The translations under genes and the position numbers were made by a program. From positions 22,037 to 86,036 of the IMG/VR virus record IMGVR_UViG_3300023179_006134: a DNA stretch of 64,000 nt. The stretch is one strand, 5' to 3'. Shown one piece after another: positions 8,826-19,545 of this stretch; the stretch's first letter is position 1, and the number at the start of each line of letters is the position of its first letter. Below the pieces are notes generated by a model. It saw only the letters and a list, made by a program, of their open reading frames with translations. It did no database searches and was not told the origin of the DNA. Source of the DNA: a virus.

Positions 8826-9053
8826 TTAACTTAATATTAAGGGAATTGAAAGTCCTGCAGCAGTAAATGTTCCTGCAATTGAAATATTTTTAATGCTACC
8901 AGTACCACTAAAAGTTATTCCAGTACCAATAGTAAAATTAGAATTGGGTATAATATTTACAATTGAAGACCCTGCACCAACAGTCATTACGCCAACATTA
9001 GAAAAATTTCTACTATCATCAATAACAGTAGTTCCTAAAACTTGAATTGCCAT
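8826..9053 (-). CDS. Short paralog of the N-terminal module of 7192..8139
   Basis: MAIQVLGTTVIDDSRN...NISIAGTFTAAG versus MAIKVNNVTAIDDSRN...NISIAGTLTAAG. Confidence 0.7.
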   Translation of the reverse strand: MAIQVLGTTVIDDSRNFSNVGVMTVGAGSSIVNIIPNSNFTIGTGITFSGTGSIKNISIAGTFTAAGLSIPLILS

Positions 9054-9076
9054 ATTCGTTATTACTCGGCTTTCTT

Positions 9077-10963
9077 TTATTTAGTATTCTTAAGCTCTTT
9101 TACTTCTTTCTTGAGTTCTTTGATTGCTTCTATCAATACTCCAATAATACCATTATAGTTGACTGATTTAACTTCACCTTGTTTTACGAGTTCTGGGAGT
9201 ACTTCTTCCAGTTCTTGTGCAATCACACCATAAGAACTTCTACCAGTTTCTTTCCAGTCAAATGAAACACCACGAAGTTGTTCTGTGATTTCTAATGCAT
9301 TTCCTATTGTATGAATATTCTCTTTGAGATTTATATCACTAGTGGAATTAAAATCAACTGCAGTCATAGTTCCTGTAGAAGGATTATATTTCAGTTTAGA
9401 GGTAGAAATACCTGATGCAGTAATAGTTCCTGATGTAGTTGCAGTAAAGAGGGGGAAGAACTCTTGATTTGTTGTAGTATTATCAAATACTGTAGAACCT
9501 GCGCCAGTTAATCCACTTCCATTACCAACAAAAGAGGTTGCAGTCACCACACCGGTTACAACAACACCAGAAGGATTTACATTGAGTATTGATGAACCAA
9601 CCGAAACCGCAGTAATATTTCCAGAACTCGGAGAGAAAAATCCAGTCTGAACATCACCAGCAAAATGAATACTTGGAGCAGATGCCGAAGCAGGAGCAAA
9701 TGCTGTAGATGTAATCACACCAACATTAAAGGGTGCGGCATCTACCCAGAATGCATCAGTACCATATCCAACAACATTCTCATCATAATAGATGAAAGTT
9801 CTTCCATAATCTGGACTGTACCATAAGTCACCAGAACCGGGTAATAACGGTGCTGTGGTACTGATACTGATTGAACCACCACCTCCACCACCCTCAAAGA
9901 AGATGGTTGCAATACCAGTGTTTGAGTTATATTGTGTTGTAGAAACCCCTGCACCTTTAAAATTAATAAAAGTAACTGCATACCCAACAACACCACCAGT
10001 AGTTCCAATACCAATACCCTTGTATGGACTATTGGATAAGTTTAGATATTGACCATCACCATAATAAGTAACAATACCTGATGTTGCAGTAATAATACCA
10101 GAAGAAACCTTTACTGTTCCTAATGTACTGATACCAGTAACATTGAGATTGGTGCTCCTTAAATTAGTACTATTAAAAGTCGTAATGGTTCCTGCAGTAC
10201 CAGTCAGGTTTGTTATGGTTCCAGAAGTACTATTAAAAGTCGTAATGGTTCCTGAAGTACCAGTCAGGTTTGTTATGGTTCCTGATGTACTATTCAGGGT
10301 AGTAATCGTTCCTGCAGTGCCAGTCAGGTTTGTTATGGTTCCACTTGTAGAACCCAATGTGGTAATGGTTCCCACACCAGCATTTACATTTCCACTAAAT
10401 GTAGTTGCGGTAATAACACCAGTGATTCTTGCATCACCGACAACAAAGAGAGCAGATGTTGGATTTGTGGACCCAATACCAAGATTACCAGAAACATAAG
10501 TTCCACCAGTGACTTGAAGTCTTTGTGATGCTGTTCCTGTAGAGGTACCAGAACCAATCAGTACTGGTCCATTGGTGAATGTAGAGATTCCACCAACAGA
10601 AAGATTATTATAAACTGTAAAGTTAGTAACTGCGATTCCGGTTGCATTCAGTGTTGCAATCGTTGCAATACCAGTTACATTGAGATTGGTATTCGTTAGA
10701 TTGGTAATATTACCGGTTACAATTGTACCAATACCAGTTACATTAAGATTTGTACTGGTAAGATTGGTAACAATCCCAGTTGTAATCGTTGCAATACCAG
10801 AAACATAAAGGTCTGTTACACCGATTCCACCACTAACGTGAAGAGTGTATTGTGGATTTGTGGTACCAATACCAACCTTGTCAGTTACAATATCGGCAAA
10901 AATGAGATTGGTATTGACCTCCAATCCATTTTTTATGACGAATGACTTATTTATTGCAGCCAT
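9077..10963 (-). CDS. Tail fibre protein with C-terminal intramolecular chaperone (peptidase S74-like)
   Basis: GIGTTNP fibre repeats, Thr/Gly-rich; TSDINLKENI...GVIAQELEEVLPELV...VNYNGIIGVLIEAIKEL. Confidence 0.88.
   Translation of the reverse strand: MAAINKSFVIKNGLEVNTNLIFADIVTDKVGIGTTNPQYTLHVSGGIGVTDLYVSGIATITTGIVTNLTSTNLNVTGIGTIVTGNITNLTNTNLNVTGIATIATLNATGIAVTNFTVYNNLSVGGISTFTNGPVLIGSGTSTGTASQRLQVTGGTYVSGNLGIGSTNPTSALFVVGDARITGVITATTFSGNVNAGVGTITTLGSTSGTITNLTGTAGTITTLNSTSGTITNLTGTSGTITTFNSTSGTITNLTGTAGTITTFNSTNLRSTNLNVTGISTLGTVKVSSGIITATSGIVTYYGDGQYLNLSNSPYKGIGIGTTGGVVGYAVTFINFKGAGVSTTQYNSNTGIATIFFEGGGGGGSISISTTAPLLPGSGDLWYSPDYGRTFIYYDENVVGYGTDAFWVDAAPFNVGVITSTAFAPASASAPSIHFAGDVQTGFFSPSSGNITAVSVGSSILNVNPSGVVVTGVVTATSFVGNGSGLTGAGSTVFDNTTTNQEFFPLFTATTSGTITASGISTSKLKYNPSTGTMTAVDFNSTSDINLKENIHTIGNALEITEQLRGVSFDWKETGRSSYGVIAQELEEVLPELVKQGEVKSVNYNGIIGVLIEAIKELKKEVKELKNTK
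10165..10372. repeat. About 3.5 tandem copies of a 60-bp unit (two 30-bp subunits) encoding GTITNLTGT(A/S)GTITT(F/L)NSTS
   Basis: Lines 10201, 10261 and 10321 all begin cagtcaggtttgttatggttcc. Confidence 0.9.
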
Positions 10964-10995
10964 TGGGTTTCACTCTCCACCCGTTGAATTTTAAG

Positions 10996-11003
10996 TATTT
11001 ATC
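10996..11003 (-). promoter_or_regulatory. T4-type late promoter (GATAAATA)
   Basis: NATAAATA about 35 nt upstream of the tail fibre ATG. Confidence 0.6.
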
Positions 11004-13126
11004 TATGTAACATTCCGAATAACGACTTTTGCATCTCCTGTACTTCCACCTTGTTGAGTGGATACTACAGTCACAGAACCATCAGTATATCCACTTCCTC
11101 CACCTCCTCCACTACTATTTGTTCCACCATTACCACCAGTGGCACCAGAACCACCATTTCCACCACCAAGCACTGTTTCTATAGAGAAATACCCACATTC
11201 ATAAGGAATACTATAGGTATCATCATAATAAACTGAAAAATCTTCATATCCTGTTACACGGAAAATAAATTCCCTAGCAAATGTTGGGAGTCCATTATCG
11301 TTTCTTTGGAAAAATAATTCCCAGATATTACTACTTTGTTGAATCAGAGAACTTACTGAGATTCCACCCGAAACTGTAGCACCTCCTGCTGCCAGTGAAC
11401 CAACTGATATAACACTACCATTAGTGGGAGATTTAACCCTATCTATATAAATGCTATAAGATCTATAGTTGATATTTGGAAAATTTCTTTGAATGGTAAA
11501 ATATCCACTAACCTCTCCAGGATACGGAGAGGGTGGTTGTCTTACTTGATTCCAACTAACATTGGCAGTTGCCCCATCTGGTGAAGTATTGACAGTCACA
11601 ACACCTGTGTCATATGTAACATTTCTAGTTTCGATTCTGTACCCACTATCACCACCAGTATCATAACAAGTTCGTGAGACATAAGGACCTTGTTGAGTAA
11701 ATTGTGCTTGACCCTTTCCCGCAGTTTGACGAATGTCATAACCAGACTTAAATCCTCTGGTAATAGATGCAGAATTAGAGACTAATGTTCCATTTCCAAG
11801 ATATATTTTACTTATACCAACATCAGAACACGGAGATTTTCCTTGAGATAACCAATAGTTTCCTTTAGGACAAGGTATTGTTCTTCCTCCTGTTTGTCCT
11901 GTTGCTTTTGTATCTGGACTAATTGGTGTTAAATTTGATGCAGATCCGAAAATGCCATTAGGGGGCAAAGTTCCTGCAGAAACAAATGATCCACCAGAAC
12001 CAGCACCTCTGCCCCCCCCAGATGCCCCGACAACATTAATTCCACCACCAGCACCACCATTGCCCCCAGACGCAGCATCACCACCTCTGCCCACAACCGC
12101 AATCAAAGAACCTTTACGATAAATGAAGGGGCATTTATTTACAATATCTAATCCTGCAATCGTATATTCTTCATTCTTTTTCATAGTAAATCTAATTCTA
12201 GAATATCCTCCTTGACCTCCGGTATATGACCCCGAATTTTGCCCCGCACCACCATAAATATCCATTTCTAAATTGATATCTGACTCCGGAGCATATAAAG
12301 ATATTAAACTTGTTCCACTAGTATTATATTGTGAAAGAATTGTCAATTCTCCCTGATTTAATAAATCGTGTGAACTTAATTCTGCAGTCGATGATGTTGT
12401 ATCATATTTTTCAATATTAATAAGTCTTCTTAATGGTATAACTCCAAAATCAACAACATTAGAATATAACGGAGAATTAGATGCAATAGAATTGATGATT
12501 CTTACCTGTACTGTACTTACTCCAACTTGAGAAGAAGAAATATTTAAATTTGGTGTATTGGATCCACTTACTGTTGAACTATCAGTAAGATCAGCACCAT
12601 TCAACGACCACTGATAGGAAACAGTTCCTTGAGAAGTATCAGAAGATGATGCAACAACATTAAAAACAGCATTTACATTTTCTACGGCAGTTGCTTCTAT
12701 TGGTTGAGTTGTAATACTTAATACTGGAAATACTGTTAATATTCCAACATTTGAACTGAATGGTTCATTAATTGCATTACCAGTAGACCTTGCAGTACCG
12801 GCAGTAATAGGTGCTTGTCCATATGCAGATGGAACATAATCTGCTACTACATATATTTGACGATTATGATCAGTTGGTGTAATTAAATTTGATAAAGTTA
12901 AAGTAGTTGTTGCTGCTCCTGTAACATATGTTCCATTAGAAATTGCTCCATTTTGATCGTACCACTGATATGAGATACTTCCAGTTCCAGATGCTGTTGC
13001 AATCCCAGTAAAAGTTGCAGTTCCTCCTCCGGTTGATCCAATAATAACACCAGTAGATGCAACACCAACAGGATTTTGAGTAAATGATAAAATAGGTCCG
13101 TTTAGATCTAAAGTTGTTTGTTTCAT
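11003..13126 (-). CDS. Virion/tail fibre protein with two Ig-like domains and a Gly-rich domain
   Basis: Two SYQW...GAxTxxLx Ig modules; GGxGG repeats. Confidence 0.7.
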   Translation of the reverse strand: MKQTTLDLNGPILSFTQNPVGVASTGVIIGSTGGGTATFTGIATASGTGSISYQWYDQNGAISNGTYVTGAATTTLTLSNLITPTDHNRQIYVVADYVPSAYGQAPITAGTARSTGNAINEPFSSNVGILTVFPVLSITTQPIEATAVENVNAVFNVVASSSDTSQGTVSYQWSLNGADLTDSSTVSGSNTPNLNISSSQVGVSTVQVRIINSIASNSPLYSNVVDFGVIPLRRLINIEKYDTTSSTAELSSHDLLNQGELTILSQYNTSGTSLISLYAPESDINLEMDIYGGAGQNSGSYTGGQGGYSRIRFTMKKNEEYTIAGLDIVNKCPFIYRKGSLIAVVGRGGDAASGGNGGAGGGINVVGASGGGRGAGSGGSFVSAGTLPPNGIFGSASNLTPISPDTKATGQTGGRTIPCPKGNYWLSQGKSPCSDVGISKIYLGNGTLVSNSASITRGFKSGYDIRQTAGKGQAQFTQQGPYVSRTCYDTGGDSGYRIETRNVTYDTGVVTVNTSPDGATANVSWNQVRQPPSPYPGEVSGYFTIQRNFPNINYRSYSIYIDRVKSPTNGSVISVGSLAAGGATVSGGISVSSLIQQSSNIWELFFQRNDNGLPTFAREFIFRVTGYEDFSVYYDDTYSIPYECGYFSIETVLGGGNGGSGATGGNGGTNSSGGGGGSGYTDGSVTVVSTQQGGSTGDAKVVIRNVT

Positions 13127-13137
13127 TTTACTTTGTT

Positions 13138-16100
13138 TTAGTTAGCAAAGTTTTGACCGACAACCACTCCATAAAGTCCTACACTGGTAATATTACTACC
13201 ATCAAAAGTTTTAAATGTATAAATGTCAGAACGACTTGCTGTTGGAGTTACAATCGGAAGAACACCACCACCAGGCCAATAAACAGGAATTGCAGTTCCG
13301 ACAGAATTCCTAAACGTATCAATACCAACAGTGCGACTTCCCGTAGAATCCTGATCTATTTTAATCGTAAATTCAGTGGATGCAGAGGGAGGATTGAGTA
13401 GATTAAACTGATCAATATTACTTGTTGCAGTACAAATAAATGACTGTGCCTTGGAAAGGTCTATTGTTACCTGATTTGCAACAACCGATAAGTACTCTAC
13501 ATTTTCACTATAAGTCTTAAATCTTGTGTGACCTTCAATATCAAGTTTTGCTCTCGGTGACGTGGTTCCGATTCCGACAGAAGTAGAGTTTGTTGTAATT
13601 ATGGTTCCACCAGTACCAACATTTAATGTTGTTGTAGTAATAATACCCGCACGAATATTACTTGATGAACCATCTAATCGGAATGATGTAGAGGTCAACA
13701 TTCCACCAACAACCACATTACCTGTAGTAACCAATCCAATAAATGTAGAAGTACCATTCACATAAAGTGAAGTTGATGAAGTTCCAATTGCACCAAGTTC
13801 TAAATTAAACCTTGGAACAGAAGTACCAATACCAACATTATTCAGTGCAGTGTTGTATATTCCTCCGGTAATATTAGTCCACCCTGCAGCAGAGATATTT
13901 ACATTTGACAATAAACTTCCATCACCAGAGAAATAAGATGCAGTAATTGTTCCACCAATATTTGTATTTCCATTTACATTCAACTTAAAGGTATTTGCAG
14001 TCGTTCCAATTCCAACACCACCAGTTGCATTCACAGAGAAGAGTGAAGATCCTGCACCGATTACAAGTCTAGAAGTTCCTGCACTGGTAGTTGCAATTCC
14101 GACACGATCAAAAATCATATGATTTTCGGTTTCAGAAATGCTTATATTTCCAAAACGATACCAATCATTTTCTAAAGTATAAATCCAACCAACATATCCA
14201 CCCCGATTTGGATCTGTATAGTATGCGATATCTCCAGGGTTTCCTGAAACTGTTGGTTGTGTGACTCCAACAGTATATTTACGTGATACTGTTGCATCTC
14301 CTTGAAGGAAAATACTATTTGCCTCAATTCCATCAGGTGCATTTGAGGTAATCTTTTGATTAAAAATTACCGGACCATCAAATTCAGAGATGAGTTTTCC
14401 GTCTGTTCCACCTTCAACACGAATTGAACGAGAAACTGAAATTTCAAGAGGAGTCAGAGCATCAAATCCAATACTCACTGCAGATAAAATATCCTCTCCG
14501 GTCACAGTCGGAATCGGAGAGTCAAAAACCTGTTCTTGTCCTGTTGCAGAGTTTACTTTCTTATTTCCCACATAAAATGCACCACGATCATTCATTCCTG
14601 TGAAGACAACCAGACCACCATCCACTTTGGTGGATTGAGAGAGTATTTCCTCTTGATCTGATAAAACTCTATCTTGACGATCTGGAAATGCCGTGGAATA
14701 GTTTCCTGGACCAAATCCAACATACTCAAAGGTATGTCCCGATGCACGAATAATAGAGTGTCTTCTTAATTCAATCGGACGAAGTTTGATTCTACGAACA
14801 ACAGAACCATTATCGTGAGTAGATGCATTCGTTCCATAAACTCCTCTAAAAACATAAACAGGGTTTCCTGTGACTGTTGTTTTGATTCTCATTATTTCAG
14901 AATCAATCAGCAAATAATCTCCAATATTTAAGTCTAAACTGGTGATATTTTGTATATTAAAGTTATCAACCGTTGCAGTGTTGATTGCAGAAGAAAGAGT
15001 TGTTGTAATTCCTGCATATTGTGGTTCTAATCTTCCGGCAATATTCTCATCTTCTGTAGTAACTGTTCCTCCTTGTGATCCAAATGCCTTAATATAGATT
15101 GTTTTTGTTCCTGTTGTGGCCGGAGATGTAGTTCCGATTCCAACAAAGGTTTCGAATTGAACCAGACTATTGACTTTTTTAACCAGAAAATCTGAATTAA
15201 AGAGAGAAGAGTTTGCTCCACCAATGGTAATTTTATTTCCGACCGATAATCCGTGATTTTGAATCGTAGTAATCGTTGAGATTCCAGTTGTGTTATCATA
15301 AGTAAGTGTAGTAATATCAATTGATTTTCCTGCATTAATTGCTCGGGAATATGCAGTTACAGTAACTCCAATTCCAGTCGTAGAGGCATTTCCAACTGCT
15401 GATGCAGATTCGACCTGAAGTTGTTTTATATTTCCGGTTGCAATACCAGTGATTTTATAGACAGTATTATAACCATTCAGAGTAGCAGGAACAACTCCGG
15501 CAACCGTGAGACATTCTCCAATATGATTATAAACACCGGTTACAGTCACATATCCTTGCACGAATCCAGATGTTGTTGCGACTCCAACCACCGCAAGAGT
15601 ATTTCCGATTCCATATGCAGAACCACCATCAATAATCTTAACCGCAGTAATGGATCCAGATGCATTTACAGTGATTCTTGCAGTTGCATTTGCTCCTGTG
15701 GTCGATCCTGCAAATCCAACCAATCTTGCATTATAAAGATTTTCAACTCCACCAGATCCTACACCATAAGCAAGACCGGCACTTGTAATACCAACAGATG
15801 TAATCGGATTAAATCCGTGATCGATTGCAGTATGAAATGTATGTGCAATTCCAGTACTGGAAGATACAATATCTGTAAGTCCAACTCCTACACCAAAATC
15901 AATCAGACCTTTACTTAAACTTTCTTTTGTAATGCTACTTTGTGGATCATCAACAACAACCTGACCGATTGGATTTGAGAGAGCAAATGATGTTGCTGCC
16001 TTTGGATCCGAAACTGGATTATCACGATTCAGTTGTGGATATAGATTTTGAATAGGTTGAGAGAATCGTAATCCCGTAAAAGGAGCAACAGATGGACTAT

Positions 16101-19002
16101 TCGATGCATTTACAACTAATAAGTGATATACACCATCCTGTTCTCCGGGAATATAAGGTTCAATTTGTTGAGCTCTATAAACAATCAAAGTTTCTCTATA
16201 TTGTTTGCGAACAAATCTTGGAAGTGATGTTGTTCGAGTCGAAACATTATTCACAAAGGTTCCTGGATTTGTGGTTAGACCTACAGTAAACTGTTTGAGA
16301 CTTGAGATTCCAACGACACTATAACCAAAATTAAATCCAGAGTTGACTGTTCCGGCAGTATTTGCAGAACTTACAACATTTAGAATACTTACCTGACTTC
16401 CAATAGACAATTCGTGAGGAAGTTCTGTATCAAAATATGCATATGTTCCATCCCAACTTGCATTCGAAATAATACGAAAGTTTCTTATCTCATTTTCGTT
16501 TGAGATTGAGACCGTTGTTGGACTAAATGCCTTGGCAACTTCTGCGTCTGATGAACCAATTGTAGTGGAGGATTCTTGAATAATAAATCCGTCCAGTGGT
16601 GGTCTTGCAGATGTAACACCAGCAGATGCAGGAATTACATAACGAAGTCTATAAATTGTATCCAGAACACTTCTTGGATCAACTTTACGATAGAGATATG
16701 TTCTGGGTGTGGATGCTCCAAGAGCAGTAGTTCCCAATGAAACAATCGTAGAGTAAATACTGTTTTGTGTAGATGCAGCAGAAACATTTATATACCAGTT
16801 ATTTTGAGAAGTATCATACTGAATCGGATGTCCAAAACTACCAGGAGTTTTATCAACAACTCGACTTTCGATTGTAAGAATTCCACCCTTATTATTTACT
16901 GAAATTGGTGTATCATTAATTGCATCATTTGGTGTTTTTGCAAGTTTAATTTGTGTAGTAGATGTTATTCCGGTTCCAGAAGTAATCGCATAATAAGTTA
17001 TATTTGAAATAATTCCATCGGGAAGATTTCCAGTAAAACTTTTTACACGAACCGATTCTCCTTCAATAAAAGTATGAGGTTGTGTGAGTGTAAAGACATT
17101 TGAGGTAATACTGCTCACACCCGCAATAGACTGTGCAACCTGAAAGGATTTGATTGCGATTGTTTCATTTGCAGTTCCTTGAGTGTCTGGCATTACAATA
17201 TTTGCCGAATACTCTTGAGACGATCCAGAATTCGAAATTAATACGTTCAGAGTATCATCTGTTTTTGCACCGACTCGATATCCCTGAAGAACATTTTGTG
17301 GTGGAGTTGAGGCATTTGTTTCATTATAAAGATATAGACGACTTGTGCTTGCAACTCCAACAGTTTTTGCAACATCAATTCCAATAAACTCAATCGTTCC
17401 TTCGAGAGTTTCAATTTCTCTTGGTGGAATTACGTGAGTAATATACCCTACATCATCTCTTGGGAATGCATTTCTCTTGAATCCAGTTGCAAGAAGTGAC
17501 TTTGATCCAAAGTTGGAGTTGGAGTTATTAATTGATTGATCTCCACCACTTTCTGCATTAAAGTGCGAATGAAATCCAATTGCAAAAATAGATACGTTTT
17601 GAATATATGCATCATTAATGGTTCGAATATGAAAACTCTCATATGCCGGTTTATAAACTGCTCTTGAATTGATACTTAAATTCTCATTTCCAGGAACAGT
17701 GCTGTCCGTATATTGTCCGGTGGTTGTATTATAAAGAACGAATGCACGATCATCTTTTTGTAGACTGATTCCTGTAAATTGTGCAAGAACCATCGACTTA
17801 AATCCTGTTGCCTTATCACCATCCGACAAAACTCCACACATTCCATAAACAGAACGCAAGGAAACATTAAAAATATATGGAGATGCAGAGGCAACAGTAT
17901 CAGTTTTGAGAGATAAAGATGCTCCTGTGACCGAAGGAAGAGCATTTATTGGTGCATTTTGAACCTGATAGGTAATCTGATTTGTTGCAGGAACACTTGT
18001 AACAACAAATTCTCCATTATAATCGTTATCTGATACATTATTAATTCGGAATGCGGTATCAACATCCAATCCGGTTATAGATTCTAATGTTGCAGTAATG
18101 GTTGTGGTCGGAGTGATACCATTTCCAGCACGAATACTTGTAATTCCAATATTACCTCCTGTTGGTCCCACAATACGATACTCACCAATTTTTGGTTGAA
18201 TATCAAGACCCGAAGAAGGATAATCTGGTTGAATTTGACGACCTGATGCTTGCCCATATGCAAGACCAACCTTCTCATAATACATTTCTAGATCTGTGCG
18301 ATCTGTAGAGTAAGTTTGGAAAGCATCAGAAATACTTACATCATTTACACCATCTGCATACTCAAAGCACGAAAGTTTATGATGTGAAAAATTCGGAACA
18401 AATAAATTGTCCGTATAATCTGTGTAACACTGTCCATTTGGATCTGCATCAAATAGTGAGAACTGCCAAAAATAACAAGTACCAGTCACACGAAAGATAC
18501 AAGACCTTTCAATATTATCATTTGTTGGATTCGGAACATATTTGGGACGGATTTTTGTTTTTCTTAAATCCAGTCCAACAAGTGAAGTACCACGAGGTAT
18601 GATTACTCCACCGTGAATACTATTCAGTTTATAGAGTTGATTGTCGGGAGAAGATAAATCAAAGGTCGTTGTTAAATCAAAAGGTGGAAAATCATTAGAG
18701 GTTTCTCCACCACGAAGTCTGTAATTATTTGCACCATCTGGAATCCAACCAGGACGATTATCAACAATATGATCTCCAGGATAAACAAGAATCGTAGTCT
18801 TATCAAATCTATCATTATCCAGACCAATCTGATATGAGAATCTTGCAGATTCAATCAGTGCTCTTTGAATTGTTTTAAATGGACGTGTTAAACTATTTCC
18901 TTGATTTTCAATATTATCAGTCGAGTCAAGGCTACTAGGGTCAACATATAAAATTGTACCACGTACTGACTTAAGAAAATTATCTAATCTGGAGAGACCC
19001 AT
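13138..19002 (-). CDS. Very large tail fibre / baseplate-associated structural protein
   Basis: Cyanophage-type N-terminus (LSRLDNFLK...RPFKTIQRALIE), GIGT fibre repeats near the C-terminus, structural-gene context. Confidence 0.75.
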   Translation of the reverse strand: MGLSRLDNFLKSVRGTILYVDPSSLDSTDNIENQGNSLTRPFKTIQRALIESARFSYQIGLDNDRFDKTTILVYPGDHIVDNRPGWIPDGANNYRLRGGETSNDFPPFDLTTTFDLSSPDNQLYKLNSIHGGVIIPRGTSLVGLDLRKTKIRPKYVPNPTNDNIERSCIFRVTGTCYFWQFSLFDADPNGQCYTDYTDNLFVPNFSHHKLSCFEYADGVNDVSISDAFQTYSTDRTDLEMYYEKVGLAYGQASGRQIQPDYPSSGLDIQPKIGEYRIVGPTGGNIGITSIRAGNGITPTTTITATLESITGLDVDTAFRINNVSDNDYNGEFVVTSVPATNQITYQVQNAPINALPSVTGASLSLKTDTVASASPYIFNVSLRSVYGMCGVLSDGDKATGFKSMVLAQFTGISLQKDDRAFVLYNTTTGQYTDSTVPGNENLSINSRAVYKPAYESFHIRTINDAYIQNVSIFAIGFHSHFNAESGGDQSINNSNSNFGSKSLLATGFKRNAFPRDDVGYITHVIPPREIETLEGTIEFIGIDVAKTVGVASTSRLYLYNETNASTPPQNVLQGYRVGAKTDDTLNVLISNSGSSQEYSANIVMPDTQGTANETIAIKSFQVAQSIAGVSSITSNVFTLTQPHTFIEGESVRVKSFTGNLPDGIISNITYYAITSGTGITSTTQIKLAKTPNDAINDTPISVNNKGGILTIESRVVDKTPGSFGHPIQYDTSQNNWYINVSAASTQNSIYSTIVSLGTTALGASTPRTYLYRKVDPRSVLDTIYRLRYVIPASAGVTSARPPLDGFIIQESSTTIGSSDAEVAKAFSPTTVSISNENEIRNFRIISNASWDGTYAYFDTELPHELSIGSQVSILNVVSSANTAGTVNSGFNFGYSVVGISSLKQFTVGLTTNPGTFVNNVSTRTTSLPRFVRKQYRETLIVYRAQQIEPYIPGEQDGVYHLLVVNASNSPSVAPFTGLRFSQPIQNLYPQLNRDNPVSDPKAATSFALSNPIGQVVVDDPQSSITKESLSKGLIDFGVGVGLTDIVSSSTGIAHTFHTAIDHGFNPITSVGITSAGLAYGVGSGGVENLYNARLVGFAGSTTGANATARITVNASGSITAVKIIDGGSAYGIGNTLAVVGVATTSGFVQGYVTVTGVYNHIGECLTVAGVVPATLNGYNTVYKITGIATGNIKQLQVESASAVGNASTTGIGVTVTAYSRAINAGKSIDITTLTYDNTTGISTITTIQNHGLSVGNKITIGGANSSLFNSDFLVKKVNSLVQFETFVGIGTTSPATTGTKTIYIKAFGSQGGTVTTEDENIAGRLEPQYAGITTTLSSAINTATVDNFNIQNITSLDLNIGDYLLIDSEIMRIKTTVTGNPVYVFRGVYGTNASTHDNGSVVRRIKLRPIELRRHSIIRASGHTFEYVGFGPGNYSTAFPDRQDRVLSDQEEILSQSTKVDGGLVVFTGMNDRGAFYVGNKKVNSATGQEQVFDSPIPTVTGEDILSAVSIGFDALTPLEISVSRSIRVEGGTDGKLISEFDGPVIFNQKITSNAPDGIEANSIFLQGDATVSRKYTVGVTQPTVSGNPGDIAYYTDPNRGGYVGWIYTLENDWYRFGNISISETENHMIFDRVGIATTSAGTSRLVIGAGSSLFSVNATGGVGIGTTANTFKLNVNGNTNIGGTITASYFSGDGSLLSNVNISAAGWTNITGGIYNTALNNVGIGTSVPRFNLELGAIGTSSTSLYVNGTSTFIGLVTTGNVVVGGMLTSTSFRLDGSSSNIRAGIITTTTLNVGTGGTIITTNSTSVGIGTTSPRAKLDIEGHTRFKTYSENVEYLSVVANQVTIDLSKAQSFICTATSNIDQFNLLNPPSASTEFTIKIDQDSTGSRTVGIDTFRNSVGTAIPVYWPGGGVLPIVTPTASRSDIYTFKTFDGSNITSVGLYGVVVGQNFAN

Positions 19003-19033
19003 TTTTTTATTACTTATAGTTTCCGTTATAAGT

Positions 19034-19041
19034 TATTTATC
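19034..19041 (-). promoter_or_regulatory. T4-type late promoter (GATAAATA)
   Basis: About 32 nt upstream of ATG 19002, just downstream of a terminator. Confidence 0.6.
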
Positions 19042-19047
19042 ATACGA

Positions 19048-19073
19048 CAAAACCTCCGGTGAAGGAGGTTTTG
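19048..19073. terminator. Intrinsic terminator, possibly bidirectional
   Basis: caaaacctcc-ggtgaa-ggaggttttg inverted repeat. Confidence 0.8.
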
Positions 19074-19218
19074 GATTTACAAAAGTAAAGTTTAATATCT
19101 GGATATTTTAATAATAAGAGCACATATCATTACAGAATAACTTAGAAGAAATGCGTGAAAATAATCCACGAGTAAAAATTCTTGTTTACTCTTTTATGTA
19201 TGATTTTTATGAGTAATA

Positions 19219-19389
19219 TTACTCACTTTGTTTTGATTTACTGATAAGATATTCAACAGTATTTACAACGTCATTCATCGCATCACGGAGATTTAAACTT
19301 TGCCCCGATTCCATATCAAAAGTGGATGGGTCTGTAAGTGTCCATCTCCACTGATTCATATCTTGATTATACCAGAGATTTATGATCAT
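19219..19389 (-). CDS. Small hypothetical protein (56 aa)
   Basis: Hand translation MIINLWYNQDMNQWRWTLTD...; overlaps the upstream ORF end. Confidence 0.65.
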   Translation of the reverse strand: MIINLWYNQDMNQWRWTLTDPSTFDMESGQSLNLRDAMNDVVNTVEYLISKSKQSE

Positions 19390-19534
19390 TCTTACAGTAT
19401 TCCAAGTTAACCCAATTCAGAAGAGCATTTATTTCTGTTTTCTTTTTTTCAGTAAAATCATTACCTTTACTGAATAAGTAGAAATCTAGTGCTTCGATAG
19501 CAAGTTGTCTGTCTTTTTGTGATAGTAATGACAT
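19367..19534 (-). CDS. Small hypothetical protein (55 aa)
   Basis: Hand translation MSLLSQKDRQLAIEALDFY...; operon-like spacing. Confidence 0.6.
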   Translation of the reverse strand: MSLLSQKDRQLAIEALDFYLFSKGNDFTEKKKTEINALLNWVNLEYCKNDHKSLV

Positions 19535-19545
19535 TTTATGTTTTA

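Noticed and set aside
8823-8828. Genome-wide stop-codon reassignment suggested by the in-frame TAA-ATG
   Set aside because: Conserved genes end normally at TAA, TAG and TGA and are not interrupted under the standard code.
10165-10372. Regular repeats as a CRISPR array
   Set aside because: In-frame coding tandem repeats with no unique spacers.
19151-19216. Plus-strand 21-codon ORF MRENNPRVKILVYSFMYDFYE
   Set aside because: Too short, opposite to the local gene direction and without support; possibly a remnant.
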